NCBI RefSeq assembly: GCF_000175255.2
Contig: NC_017262.1
Location: forward strand, 1,989,774 to 2,021,773
Direction: 5' to 3'
DNA: 32,000 bases
From: Zymomonas mobilis subsp. mobilis ATCC 10988
Lineage (GTDB): Bacteria; Pseudomonadota; Alphaproteobacteria; Sphingomonadales; Sphingomonadaceae
Part shown: piece after piece, positions 1 to 9,418 of the stretch
Position numbering within the stretch: the first letter of the stretch is position 1
Layout of the letters: every line of letters starts with the position of its first letter
The notes under the pieces: model-generated
Told to the model about the DNA's origin: nothing
The model's database searches: none
What the model saw: the letters and a program-made list of their open reading frames with translations, nothing else
Position numbers and translations under genes: made by a program

Positions 1-2
1 AA

Positions 3-269
3 CAAGATCCGCAAGACAAAGGCTCAATGAAACTGATGATGGTTGACCAAAATCCGTTTCATCTTATCCATGCGGTGGCGGCAGGTATTGTGGGGCGGCT
101 CGGGAAAAGCCGTATCAAAGGCGTTCATCTCAAACAGGATGATGAAATCAGAATTGCTGGTGAACGCTCACATTTAATCTTGGATGGCGAAGTCTTTTAC
201 GCGGATAACGAACATCCGGTTATTTTGCGGCATACCGAGCCGATTTCTTTTGTGAAACTCGCCGTCTAA
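3..269 (+). CDS. C-terminal fragment of a DAGK/YegS/LCB5-type lipid kinase (5' end lies outside the window)
   Basis: The frame is open from base 3 (QDPQDKGS MKLMM...) to the stop at 267-269. The C-terminal pattern HLILDGEVFYADNEHPVILRHTEPISFVKL resembles the xNLDGEP...hxhxPxAL tail of YegS/DAGK accessory domains. Only about 88 aa are visible, so the family call is tentative. Confidence 0.45.
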   Translation, partial: QDPQDKGSMKLMMVDQNPFHLIHAVAAGIVGRLGKSRIKGVHLKQDDEIRIAGERSHLILDGEVFYADNEHPVILRHTEPISFVKLAV

Positions 270-339
270 ATTTTATTGCACTGATCTAAAAGCAGGGGGA
301 CTATAACCGCTTTTGGCGGTTATAATATGCTATAAATAT

Positions 340-1248
340 ATGATGCAAAAATGGAAGAATACGGATGTGCATGGCCTAAAAAGCATCATTGGTGAAGAAC
401 TGACAAAGACGGTTTTGCCGGAAATATCCGATATGGCGGCCGCTATTGCTGCACGGCATGGCTCTTCACGGGCTGTTCTTTTTTACGGCTCGGCTTTACG
501 CGCGACTGATCTTGATGGCCTGATGCTGGATTTTTACCTGATTGTTGATGATTATCATCAGGCTTATTCTCATCGCTGGTTGGCATGGGCGAATAAAGCA
601 CTGCCACCTAATGTTTTTCTTTTCCGTTACAAGGATTTTGTCGCCAAATATGCGGTGCTGACGCTTTCGGATTTCCGGCGGCTGGCGTCACTTGAAACCT
701 TGTCGGTTTCGGTCTGGGCGCGCTTTGCCCAACCCAGTCGCTTGGTCTGGGCAAAAGACAAAGATTCTGTCACCGCAACAATCGCTGTTGTGGCTTGTGC
801 GGCACCCACTCTTTTGGAAGCAGCGGCACCGCTCTTCTCGGGATCAAAAGATCCCCTTGACCGCTGGCGCGAAGCCTTCCGCTTGACCTATCAAGCCGAA
901 TTGCGGGTTGAAAAATCGGACGGTCGGGCTGATCTGATCGTGGACAGCAATCCCGAATATTACCGCCATATTACCCAAGCGGTTGTCGCTCATATCAGCC
1001 GAAATTTACCGAGCCGTAAGCAGGCTTTGCGCTTATGGGCAAAAAGAAGATGGCGCGGCAAATGGCTTAGTATTTTCCGCTTGGCCAAGGCTAGTTTCAC
1101 CTTCGCAGGTGGGCTTGATTATCTTGCATGGAAAATCAACCGCCATGCAGGCACTCAAATCATGATCAAGCCTTGGCAACGCCGTTTTCCGATTATTGGG
1201 GCATTAACACTTCTGCCCCGCTTACTTGCCAAAGGCACCGTGCGCTAA
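340..1248 (+). CDS. Tam41/Mmp37-family nucleotidyltransferase (phosphatidate cytidylyltransferase-like)
   Basis: The ORF runs 313-1248, with TTG at 313 and the first ATGs at 340/343; the start is uncertain. Motifs FYGSALR, LDFYLIVDD, VAKYAVLTLSDF, WARFAQPSRLVW, FRLTYQAELR..NPEYY and FTFAGGLDYLAWK are collinear with yeast Tam41 motifs as I recall them (GYGSGVF, IDIILGV, VKYGVVS, YLAGRLQKPV, LSYAGDIR, FTAGITKSIKYAWAK). Confidence 0.6.
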   Translation: MMQKWKNTDVHGLKSIIGEELTKTVLPEISDMAAAIAARHGSSRAVLFYGSALRATDLDGLMLDFYLIVDDYHQAYSHRWLAWANKALPPNVFLFRYKDFVAKYAVLTLSDFRRLASLETLSVSVWARFAQPSRLVWAKDKDSVTATIAVVACAAPTLLEAAAPLFSGSKDPLDRWREAFRLTYQAELRVEKSDGRADLIVDSNPEYYRHITQAVVAHISRNLPSRKQALRLWAKRRWRGKWLSIFRLAKASFTFAGGLDYLAWKINRHAGTQIMIKPWQRRFPIIGALTLLPRLLAKGTVR

Positions 1249-1275
1249 TAGCTTTAAACGCATCTGAAATGGAAA

Positions 1276-1309
1276 GAACCGGCCTAGACAGCCGGTTCTT
1301 TTTTATTTT
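1276..1309 (+). terminator. Rho-independent terminator after the Tam41-like gene (overlaps the convergent gene's 3' end)
   Basis: GAACCGGC (1276-1283) pairs with GCCGGTTC (1291-1298) around a 7-nt loop, followed by TTTTTTATTTT. Confidence 0.7.
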
Positions 1310-3510
1310 CCAAGATTTTGTAATAAGCCTGTTGTCAGAATTTGCGGCAATATCTGAATTTCGCCATCGGCGGGATAATAGAGATAAAGCGGAATACCCG
1401 AACGATGCATCTTGGACAGAAAACGGGTAATTTCAGGATCACCATTTGTCCAATCGCCATGCAAGGTAACAATACCCTTCTGCCGGAAAGCCTGACGAGT
1501 GCTATCACGATCAATCGCCATTTTCTCGTTGACCTTACAAGTCAGACACCAATCTGCCGAAAAATAGATGAAAAGCGGTTTTTTCTGGCGATGTAATTCT
1601 TCAACCGCTTGTTCACTAAAAGGCTCTATCTCCGGCGCATCTTTAGCGTTTTCGACTTTTGGATTTGTCTCACTTGCAATCGGATGGGCAGGGGTAAAAG
1701 AACCAATCACCACTGAAAATAGGATCGCTATCGCCGCAGGTAAAAAGCTGTAATTCTTTCCCTTATGTTGGCGTTTTCCTGTCCACCATAACCCTGTTGC
1801 CGATATCAGACAGATACCGAAGGCAACAATTAAACCATCCGTTCCGATCTGATGCCCTAATGTCCATCCCAACCACAAGGCAGTGATAAACATCGGAATA
1901 GCCAAAATATGGCGCATCGTGGCCATCCATGCCCCGGGTCTTGGCAATAATTTCCGTATCGGCGGGACAAAACCAATCGCCAAAAAGGGCAGTGCCATAC
2001 CAATACCCAATCCGGCAAAAACCATCAGGGATTCAATCGGTGACAAGACCAAGGCAACCCCGATCGCTGCCGCCATAAAGGGACCCGTGCAAGGGGTCGC
2101 AATAAAGGCGGCCAAAGCGCCCGTGGTAAAGGCACCTAAAAGGCTATCCTGTTTTGGATTAGCTCCGCCGTTAAAACTCGGAAGCTCAAATAATCCGGCC
2201 AGATTAAAACCAATCATGGCGGTTAAAACCATCAAAGCCAAAACGATATGGGGATATTGCAACTGGAATGCCCATCCAACGGCATGCCCTCCCGCTCGAA
2301 ACAAAAGAAGTGCCGCACCCAATCCCAAACAGACCATAATCACACCAGCGCTATAGGCTGAGGCTTCTAACCGATGGGCTTTTTCAGGGGCATGGGTGCG
2401 GGCAAGGCTCAAGGCCTTCAGGCTCAAGATAGGAAAGACGCAAGGCATGATATTTAAAATCAGCCCACCCAAAAACGCCCCTGCCAAAGCCAACCATAAC
2501 AGCTTGCCATTATGTCCTTTTCCTACAGAGGGAGTTTCATTTTGTGCTGTATTCTGTTGCGGGGAAGCTGTCGCTTTGGCTTGGCCTTCTTCACTTGATG
2601 CCGTCAAAATAACGGGATTTTTGTCCGGTAGAGAGATATTGCCTTTTTGAGCATTGACCAAGAAACCCTTTCCGTCTTTTAAACGGAAAACGCCGGTTAT
2701 AGCGGAGGGAATAGAGGCTTTTTCCCGCAAGGGCAGGGTCAGAAAAAGGGCGTTACCCTCACGAAGCAAGCGTTGATCGGCACTATAGTCAAACACGCCA
2801 TCTTGTGACGGGAAAAACCACACGCCATTGATCGTGGTATCAAGCTTTTCGGTTTCGGGATAATCCAGTTTCAGAATGATTTGATTCTGTTGTTGGGCAA
2901 ATAAAGCCTGCCTTCCAGTTGTTTCTGGTAAAGCCCGTCGAAAGGCCTGAAATAGTTGGCTATTATCCGCTGTAATTTCACCCTTACCGATATGCAGCAA
3001 CAAATGACGTTCGGCCGTTTCTGGCACACAGCTGGTATCGGTGCAGGCCAACCAATTTAACTGCGCCGATATCGGCAAAGCTGTTCCCACAGGCAAGCCG
3101 GCCGGAATATCCAGATCAATCAACAAGCGATAATCATGCTGATAGACATAGCTCATTAAACCGGCGACTTTCATCTTTTCCGGTATCGGATACTGGATAG
3201 CCGAGGTTTTAATTTTATAAGGAAAATGCCAGATTATTTCGGTTTCTTGTCCGGCATCACCCCCGTTTTTCCAATAACCATGCCAGCCCTGATGGGGCTT
3301 CATTTCCAAGGCTACGGTCACCTTTGTCCCTGCTTTAGGGGTTAAGGTCTCTGCGATAAATTGTGGCTCGATATGCAAATCGCTATCGGACAAAGTCGCG
3401 GCAGAAAGGGGATAGATGAAAAGGGCTAAAGCCCAGCAAAAAAGGCAGCCAAAGGCGCGGTAAACGGAGGCCAATATCGTCATAACCCTCACGGTAACAT
3501 TTCTTTTCAT
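1303..3510 (-). CDS. DsbD-family thiol:disulfide reductase (N-terminal periplasmic Cys domain, CcdA-type membrane core, C-terminal thioredoxin)
   Basis: The ORF is 741 aa. It has the N-domain Cys pair LACTDTSCVPE, membrane-core motifs MPCVFPIL and ATPCTGPF, and a C-terminal thioredoxin CxxC (SADWCLTCK). The start is ambiguous (TTG 3528, ATG 3510, ATG 3483); I chose ATG 3510, which opens a signal-like N-terminus. Confidence 0.85.
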   Translation of the reverse strand: MKRNVTVRVMTILASVYRAFGCLFCWALALFIYPLSAATLSDSDLHIEPQFIAETLTPKAGTKVTVALEMKPHQGWHGYWKNGGDAGQETEIIWHFPYKIKTSAIQYPIPEKMKVAGLMSYVYQHDYRLLIDLDIPAGLPVGTALPISAQLNWLACTDTSCVPETAERHLLLHIGKGEITADNSQLFQAFRRALPETTGRQALFAQQQNQIILKLDYPETEKLDTTINGVWFFPSQDGVFDYSADQRLLREGNALFLTLPLREKASIPSAITGVFRLKDGKGFLVNAQKGNISLPDKNPVILTASSEEGQAKATASPQQNTAQNETPSVGKGHNGKLLWLALAGAFLGGLILNIMPCVFPILSLKALSLARTHAPEKAHRLEASAYSAGVIMVCLGLGAALLLFRAGGHAVGWAFQLQYPHIVLALMVLTAMIGFNLAGLFELPSFNGGANPKQDSLLGAFTTGALAAFIATPCTGPFMAAAIGVALVLSPIESLMVFAGLGIGMALPFLAIGFVPPIRKLLPRPGAWMATMRHILAIPMFITALWLGWTLGHQIGTDGLIVAFGICLISATGLWWTGKRQHKGKNYSFLPAAIAILFSVVIGSFTPAHPIASETNPKVENAKDAPEIEPFSEQAVEELHRQKKPLFIYFSADWCLTCKVNEKMAIDRDSTRQAFRQKGIVTLHGDWTNGDPEITRFLSKMHRSGIPLYLYYPADGEIQILPQILTTGLLQNLGK

Positions 3511-3642
3511 GAAAGCAAGAAAGAACAAGTTTAAGATAGTTCTATCGCAAGTTTATTAAGGGCTGGTCGTTCAGAAATCTTTCTTGTAGGCTCCCCCCAT
3601 CGGCGTTTTTCAAAGCCCCATCCCAAGACAGAAAGATCAAAA

Positions 3643-5409
3643 ATGGTTTCTCTTCGGCACCGTCCGTTTCTGACGGCTTTTTCTGCGCTTATTGCTTTTT
3701 CAAGCAGCCATCTGGCCATGGCACGTCAAACCCAAAAACCGGTGACGGTCACAAAAGAAATCGACTGGTCTGATGTTGCCCATCTGCCTAAAAAATCAAC
3801 CGCCTCTCACGCTATGGTAGCGGCGGCCAATCCTTTGGCGGTAAAGGCTGGATATGATGTCTTGAAAGCAGGCGGCAGTGCCGTTGATGCAGCGGTTGCT
3901 ATCCAAGCCGTTTTGGGGCTGGTTGAACCACAAAGTTCAGGCATCGGCGGCGGTGCTTTCATGACCTATTATGATGCCAAAACCCATAAAGTAACGGCCT
4001 ATAATGGGCGAGAAACCGCTCCGGCTGATGCTACGCCTGATATGTTTTTGGATGATAATAAAAACCCGATTCCGTTTAAACAGGCGGTTGTTTCCGGTCG
4101 CGCCACGGGTGTTCCGGGGGCTGTTGCTATGCTGGAATTGGCACAAAAAGAACATGGTATTTTGCCATGGCGTCAATTATTTACGCCTGCGATTGCCCTA
4201 GCCGAGCAAGGCTTTACCGTTTCGCCACGCCTTGCCAGCATGATTAACGGCCATTCCCCCGAAGCCTATACCGAAGACGCTATCCGCTATTTTGTTAAAG
4301 CTAACGGAGAACGCTATCAGGCCGGTGATATTTTAAAGAATCCTGATTATGCGAATAGTTTGAAGGCCATTTCCGAAAAAGGTTCGGCTGCCTTGCTCAC
4401 GGGGGCGATTGCACAGGCGATTGTAGATAAAGTCCATCAAGCGCCTTTGGCGGGCAGTATGACGATGGCTGATCTTGCGGGTTATCGCCCGAAAGAAAGC
4501 GCCGCTTTATGTAAAGGCTATCATCTCTATGTCGTCTGCACTCCCGATGCGCCTTCAGGTGGCGTTGGGTTGCAAGAGGCTTTAGGCTTGCTCTCACATA
4601 CCGATATTGATCGCCGCAATGCCGATGATCCGAAAGCATGGTTGGAATTTGCCGAAGCTAGCCGTCTTGCCTATGCTGACCGCGATTATTTTGTCGGTGA
4701 TCCTGATTTTGTAAAAGTGCCGGTCACCGGATTATTAGACCCTCATTATATCGCCGAAAGGGCAAAATTGATTGGCGATAAAGCCAATCCCCAAGCCCCC
4801 AGCCACGGTAATCCCAAAGGCGCGCCCAGCTATAGCATGGATGCAACGGCTGAACCGGGCGGCACAACCCATCTTGTTATTGTCGATAGCAAGGGAAATG
4901 CTGTCTCGATGACGACGACGGTTGAAAATATCTTTGGCTCTGGTCGTATGGTGGGCGGTTTCTTCCTAAACAACCAATTGACAGATTTTTCTTTCTCGCC
5001 ACAGGCCTATGACAATACACCGGCCGCGAATGCTGTTGCGGGTGACAAACGTCCCCGTTCAACGATGGCACCGACACTGGTCTTTAACCAGAAAGGCCAA
5101 TTTGTCGCTGCCTTGGGTTCACCAGGGGGCAGCTCTATTCAGGCCTACAATCTGAAAGCGATTGTGGCCCTTCTCGATTGGCATATGCCGGTTGATCAAG
5201 CCTTGGCGCTTCCCAATCTGGTCGCCCATGGCACGCTTTTTCTTTCCGACCCGTTTCCTGCCAAGGTATCACAAGGCCTGAAGGATTTAGGCGTTACGCT
5301 AACACCGGCAGAGCATGAAGAATCCGGCCTTCAAGCGATTATCAAACGGGGTAACTATTACGAAGGCGGTGCCGATATCAGAAGAGAAGGCACGGCCGTC
5401 GGCTTCTAA
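3643..5409 (+). CDS. ggt: Gamma-glutamyltranspeptidase
   Basis: The ORF is 588 aa with a signal peptide (…SSHLAMA). It carries the autoprocessing/catalytic Thr motif PGGTTHLVIVDSKGNAVSMTTTVENIFGS and the C-terminal GSPGGSSI motif typical of GGT. Confidence 0.95.
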   Translation: MVSLRHRPFLTAFSALIAFSSSHLAMARQTQKPVTVTKEIDWSDVAHLPKKSTASHAMVAAANPLAVKAGYDVLKAGGSAVDAAVAIQAVLGLVEPQSSGIGGGAFMTYYDAKTHKVTAYNGRETAPADATPDMFLDDNKNPIPFKQAVVSGRATGVPGAVAMLELAQKEHGILPWRQLFTPAIALAEQGFTVSPRLASMINGHSPEAYTEDAIRYFVKANGERYQAGDILKNPDYANSLKAISEKGSAALLTGAIAQAIVDKVHQAPLAGSMTMADLAGYRPKESAALCKGYHLYVVCTPDAPSGGVGLQEALGLLSHTDIDRRNADDPKAWLEFAEASRLAYADRDYFVGDPDFVKVPVTGLLDPHYIAERAKLIGDKANPQAPSHGNPKGAPSYSMDATAEPGGTTHLVIVDSKGNAVSMTTTVENIFGSGRMVGGFFLNNQLTDFSFSPQAYDNTPAANAVAGDKRPRSTMAPTLVFNQKGQFVAALGSPGGSSIQAYNLKAIVALLDWHMPVDQALALPNLVAHGTLFLSDPFPAKVSQGLKDLGVTLTPAEHEESGLQAIIKRGNYYEGGADIRREGTAVGF

Positions 5410-5418
5410 GACATCAAA

Positions 5419-5463
5419 ACACCCCTGTAATCAAAGCGATAACGCTCTGGCTACAGGGGTGTT
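5419..5463. terminator. Bidirectional terminator hairpin between convergent ggt and ctrA
   Basis: ACACCCCTGTA (5419-5429) pairs with TACAGGGGTGT (5452-5462), extendable by 2 A-T pairs. T-rich sequence follows on both strands (TTTAAAT on +, TTTTGATG on -). Confidence 0.55.
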
Positions 5464-5543
5464 TAAATCGGTCAAAATATCCTGCTGATAGATACGATTC
5501 TTATCGTAACCGATCTAAAGTAAATCCACTCGCAACGGAAATT

Positions 5544-6248
5544 TTAAGCCTGCTGGCCTTCCAATTCGGCATGTTCTGCTTCGCGCAAGATGTAACCGCG
5601 TCCCCAGACCGTTTCGATATAATTTTCGTCAGGATAGGCTTTGTTCAGCTTTTTCCGCAGTTTGCAGACAAAGACATCAATAATTTTTAATTCCGGTTCA
5701 TCCATCCCACCATAAAGATGGTTCAAGAACATTTCTTTCGTGATGGTGGTGCCTTTTCTCAAAGACAGCAATTCCAATATGGCATATTCTTTACCGGTCA
5801 GATGAACAGGCTTGTTATCAATCTCGACTGTTTTACTATCAAGATTGACGGTTAAACGGCCTGTTTTAATAATTGACTGGGAATGGCCTTGGGAACGGCG
5901 AACAACGGCTTGAATACGGGCAATCAATTCTTCCTGATGGAAAGGCTTGGTCAAATAATCATCAGCCCCAAAGCCCAAAGCCCGCACTTTGGATTCCATT
6001 TCGGCAATACCAGACAATACAATGATCGGCGTTTTTACCTGCGCCGTCCGTAACGTCTTTAATACTTCATAGCCATGCATATCGGGCAAATTGAGATCAA
6101 GACAAATGATATCATAATCATACAGCTTGCCCAGATCGATGCCTTCTTCGCCAAGGTCTGTCGTATAGACATTGAAACGCTTTTTCGTCAGCATCAATTC
6201 GATAGATTTCGCCGTTGTCGGCTCATCTTCTATCAATAAAACACGCAT
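5544..6248 (-). CDS. ctrA: Cell-cycle response regulator CtrA (OmpR family)
   Basis: The 234-aa product is near-collinear with Caulobacter CtrA as recalled: [96 protein letters not shown]. Confidence 0.92.
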   Translation of the reverse strand: MRVLLIEDEPTTAKSIELMLTKKRFNVYTTDLGEEGIDLGKLYDYDIICLDLNLPDMHGYEVLKTLRTAQVKTPIIVLSGIAEMESKVRALGFGADDYLTKPFHQEELIARIQAVVRRSQGHSQSIIKTGRLTVNLDSKTVEIDNKPVHLTGKEYAILELLSLRKGTTITKEMFLNHLYGGMDEPELKIIDVFVCKLRKKLNKAYPDENYIETVWGRGYILREAEHAELEGQQA

Positions 6249-6434
6249 TCTCCATTCCCCGTTATAGCTGTCATACTATTATTATAGTTGACAGGTTAAC
6301 TACGCCCCCTGCCATCAACTATCTTTTTCCTAGATATCTCCGTATCTTTGATGAAAAAGAAAGAAAGCCAGCATTCCATGAATTTTTATTATGTGATCAA
6401 AAAGAAGAATGCTGACATCTATAATAATTTACGA

Positions 6435-7130
6435 TCAAGATTCTGTTTTATATTTTAACTCTAAAAAGCGCTGCTGAGTAGCCAATTTATCAAGATCATG
6501 ATGGGCAAGCTCTTCTTCTATGCGACCTAGTGCCTGATTGATCACATCTAGGCCGGTTGCAAGCTGTGAATCAGGGCTATCCAGACCAGCGCGTTTCTGT
6601 GTTCTTAAGTTAACGGGTATTTCGACATAGCCTTTAACCAATTCCGGCATTTCTTCACTGACCAATTTTCGCATCTGGGTCGCTGTCGGATCATCTTCCG
6701 GCAGTTTTTCGGTGACAGAGGACAAATGCGATAATTTATCAAGGATCGATTCTGCCAAAGGACGGGCAGGCGGCGGCAAAGCCTGTTTCTGGGCTGACAG
6801 CCATGAAGCGGCCTGCGACGGTAATTGTTTTAAAGACTGTTTTTGCAAATTTTCAATTTTAACCGGACGCGGCAAGGGCAGGGTCAAAGGTGCCAAAATA
6901 CTCCCCAAGACCAAGGCCGCAAAAGTCAGGATAATACCAGAAATGCCCAGCGGATGGATAAAACCAATAATAAAGGCGGCCAGTATAATCGCCGCATCCG
7001 TTACACATAGCCGCTTTAGTCGCCGTCCTAACAGGCTTTTCTTTGCAAAGGCGCGGCTTGCTTCTTGACCATCCCGAAGCCTTGCCAAAACAGCCTGCGC
7101 TTCCAAAAGTATTTGCTGATTACTGGCCAT
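6435..7130 (-). CDS. Two-TM membrane protein, tentatively XpaC-like (5-bromo-4-chloroindolyl phosphate hydrolysis family), a typical TelA partner
   Basis: The 231-aa ORF starts 9 nt after the TelA-like stop (TAAGGGAAATAAATG). Two adjacent hydrophobic helices (AAIILAAFIIGFIHPLGISGIILTFAALVLGSILAPL) are followed by a helical cytoplasmic tail. The family call rests on architecture and adjacency to telA, not on remembered motifs. Confidence 0.5.
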   Translation of the reverse strand: MASNQQILLEAQAVLARLRDGQEASRAFAKKSLLGRRLKRLCVTDAAIILAAFIIGFIHPLGISGIILTFAALVLGSILAPLTLPLPRPVKIENLQKQSLKQLPSQAASWLSAQKQALPPPARPLAESILDKLSHLSSVTEKLPEDDPTATQMRKLVSEEMPELVKGYVEIPVNLRTQKRAGLDSPDSQLATGLDVINQALGRIEEELAHHDLDKLATQQRFLELKYKTES

Positions 7131-7139
7131 TTATTTCCC

Positions 7140-8414
7140 TTACAAAGGCTTGAACGGATCTCCTGTCGGAACCGTTTTAGAAGCCGCCGCCGCAGGCGGT
7201 GCATTTTTGTCCTCTGCCTGCATCAACTGTTTCATTGCTTGGTCTTGACCTTGGCCGGAACCTTGCGCCCGCGCAATATAACCGCGTGATTTCTCAATTT
7301 CGTCAGACAAGACATCGACCGTCTGTTTCATCGAAGACAAGGCTTGGACTTTATATTGGTCAATAGAATCCATGGTTGCATAGATATTGCTAAAGGCACG
7401 CTTCAGAACATCGAGTGGGATCGTTGCCGATGCCGCTTGTTTCTGAATCTCTCCGGTCTGGTTTCTTAACATTTCGCCAGTGGAATCGATAATATTCGCC
7501 GTCGTGCTGTTCAAAGCATTGATCTGTTCCAGAACAAGCTTTTGGTTGGTCAAAGCCTGCGCCACGGTCACGGCTGTTTTTAGGGCGGCCACTGTCGTTG
7601 TCGAAGCGCGATCAACCCCTTTAATCAGTTCGATATTATTCTTTCTGACCAGATCCAATGCCAGATAGCCCTGAACACTCACGGCTAATTGGGTCAAAAG
7701 ATCTGTTACCCGTTGCCGGACATAGAACAGCGCGCTTTCCCGCAAGGTCTTGGCTTTGGCTGGATCGCTGATGTCCAGCTCATGACTTTTGGCTTCCAAC
7801 TGGCTATCCAGCGTTTTCGCCATATAAATCATCTGTTCCAGACGTTCCAACGTCGCCCATAAGGTCTGGCGCTCAACGTCAATCGCCGCATTATCTTTCA
7901 ACAATTCATCCTTACCGCTTTCAAGACTGGTAAGAATGGTGCCGATATGGGATTGCGCCGATTTATAGCTGTCGAAATAATCGCGGAGCTTGTTTCCGAA
8001 AGGAATAATACCAAAAATCTTCTTGGGCGCCGTTAAATCACCGCGTTTTCCGGGATCAAGGTCTTCGATCACCCGCCGCAACTGGGCAAGATTGGAACCA
8101 ATGGGGCTACTGCCATCCATGGCTTTAACCGGACGATCCAAAAAACGATTAGATTGATTGGCGGCTTCCCGAATTTCATTGCGTCCCAGATTGATGATAG
8201 AATCAACTTTTTTGCCAAATTCGGGGCTATTGGGATTTTCGGCCACCAGTTCTTCAATAAAGCCGCTCACCTTGGCTTCAAGCTGGCTTTTTTTGCCATC
8301 ATCCAATGGGACTAAACCATCGGCTTTTTCTGTCGAAACGGGTGGAACAGGATCAGGGGGAGTTAGCTTTAAATCAGCATTATTCTGACCAGCGGCATTA
8401 TTTTCTGTAACCAT
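7140..8414 (-). CDS. TelA/KlaA-family toxic anion resistance protein
   Basis: The product is about 424 aa. ATG 8414 is preceded by GGGGAG; TTG 8417 is an alternative start. The protein is long and helical with features I associate with PF05816: SPEFGKKVDSIINLGRNEIREAANQSNRFLDRPV, a YFDSYKSAQSHI block and a coiled-coil C-half. Confidence 0.8.
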   Translation of the reverse strand: MVTENNAAGQNNADLKLTPPDPVPPVSTEKADGLVPLDDGKKSQLEAKVSGFIEELVAENPNSPEFGKKVDSIINLGRNEIREAANQSNRFLDRPVKAMDGSSPIGSNLAQLRRVIEDLDPGKRGDLTAPKKIFGIIPFGNKLRDYFDSYKSAQSHIGTILTSLESGKDELLKDNAAIDVERQTLWATLERLEQMIYMAKTLDSQLEAKSHELDISDPAKAKTLRESALFYVRQRVTDLLTQLAVSVQGYLALDLVRKNNIELIKGVDRASTTTVAALKTAVTVAQALTNQKLVLEQINALNSTTANIIDSTGEMLRNQTGEIQKQAASATIPLDVLKRAFSNIYATMDSIDQYKVQALSSMKQTVDVLSDEIEKSRGYIARAQGSGQGQDQAMKQLMQAEDKNAPPAAAASKTVPTGDPFKPL

Positions 8415-8497
8415 CAAGCGGCACTCCCCAACTATCCATCTGTAAAATCTGGCCTTTTATTTCCGGTCTTCAAGAGACGAAAAGAAATTTAACGCTT

Positions 8498-9418
8498 TTA
8501 CCTGACCCATTCCAAACCGATTTCATTATAAATGTCGCGATCTTCATCCCATCTCGGGCTGACTTTAACATGCAGGAATAGATGAACTTTGCAGCCTAAA
8601 ATCTGGGATAATTCGGCACGGGCTTTACTGCCGATTTCTTTCAGCCTTGCACCATGATGACCGACAACAATCGCCTTTTGGGAATCGCGGGCGATCAAGA
8701 TTTGCTGATGAATAGCGACCGAACCATCTTTCCGCTCTTCATATTTTTCGGTTTCAACTGCGGCGGCATAGGGTAATTCATCATGAAGCTGTAAAAAGAT
8801 TTGTTCGCGGGTAATTTCTGCTGCCAACATACGATCCGTGACATCTGACACCTGATCTTCTGGGAAATGCCATGGGCTTTCCGGCATCATATCCGCCAAA
8901 GAACGCTTAAGATCGGCGACCCCATCTCCGGTTGTGGCCGAAACCATAAACAAGGCTTCCGGCTTGATCGCTTCATAAAGCTTTTGTGCCAAAGCCAGTA
9001 ATTCAGCTTTCGGGGTGATATCGACTTTATTCAGAATAATAACTTTGGGTTCTTTACGGGCGGCAACAGCTTCCACCAAAGGTTCAATTCGGCGGGTAAG
9101 ACCAGAAGAGGCATCCACCACCAAAGCCACGAGATTGGCACCTTCGGCACTGCCCCAAGCGGCGGCAACCATCGCGCGATCAAAACGCTTTTTCGGGGTA
9201 AAAATACCGGGCGTATCCACTAACAAGATCTGGGTCTGATCCTGCAAGGCAATACCCATTAAACGGGCGCGGGTTGTCTGCGCCTTGGGGCTGATAATGG
9301 CAATTTTCTGGCCAACCAACGCATTAACAAGGGTTGATTTACCAGCATTCGGCGCACCCACAATGGCGACCAGACCGCAATGCTGGGTATTCTCTGAAGG
9401 CGTATTCGTATCTTTCAT
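8498..9418 (-). CDS. era: GTPase Era
   Basis: The 306-aa product has G1 GAPNAGKSTL, G2 QTTR, G3 DTPG, G4 NKVD and a C-terminal KH domain (VAIHQQILIARDSQKAIVVGHHGARLKEIG). Confidence 0.95.
   Translation of the reverse strand: MKDTNTPSENTQHCGLVAIVGAPNAGKSTLVNALVGQKIAIISPKAQTTRARLMGIALQDQTQILLVDTPGIFTPKKRFDRAMVAAAWGSAEGANLVALVVDASSGLTRRIEPLVEAVAARKEPKVIILNKVDITPKAELLALAQKLYEAIKPEALFMVSATTGDGVADLKRSLADMMPESPWHFPEDQVSDVTDRMLAAEITREQIFLQLHDELPYAAAVETEKYEERKDGSVAIHQQILIARDSQKAIVVGHHGARLKEIGSKARAELSQILGCKVHLFLHVKVSPRWDEDRDIYNEIGLEWVR

Noticed and set aside
5544-7130. Full CtrA boxes (TTAA-N7-TTAA) near ctrA and elsewhere in the intergenic regions
   Set aside because: Only isolated TTAAC/TTAA half-sites were seen, for example 6296-6300 and 26967-26970. 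No correctly spaced pair was found by eye.
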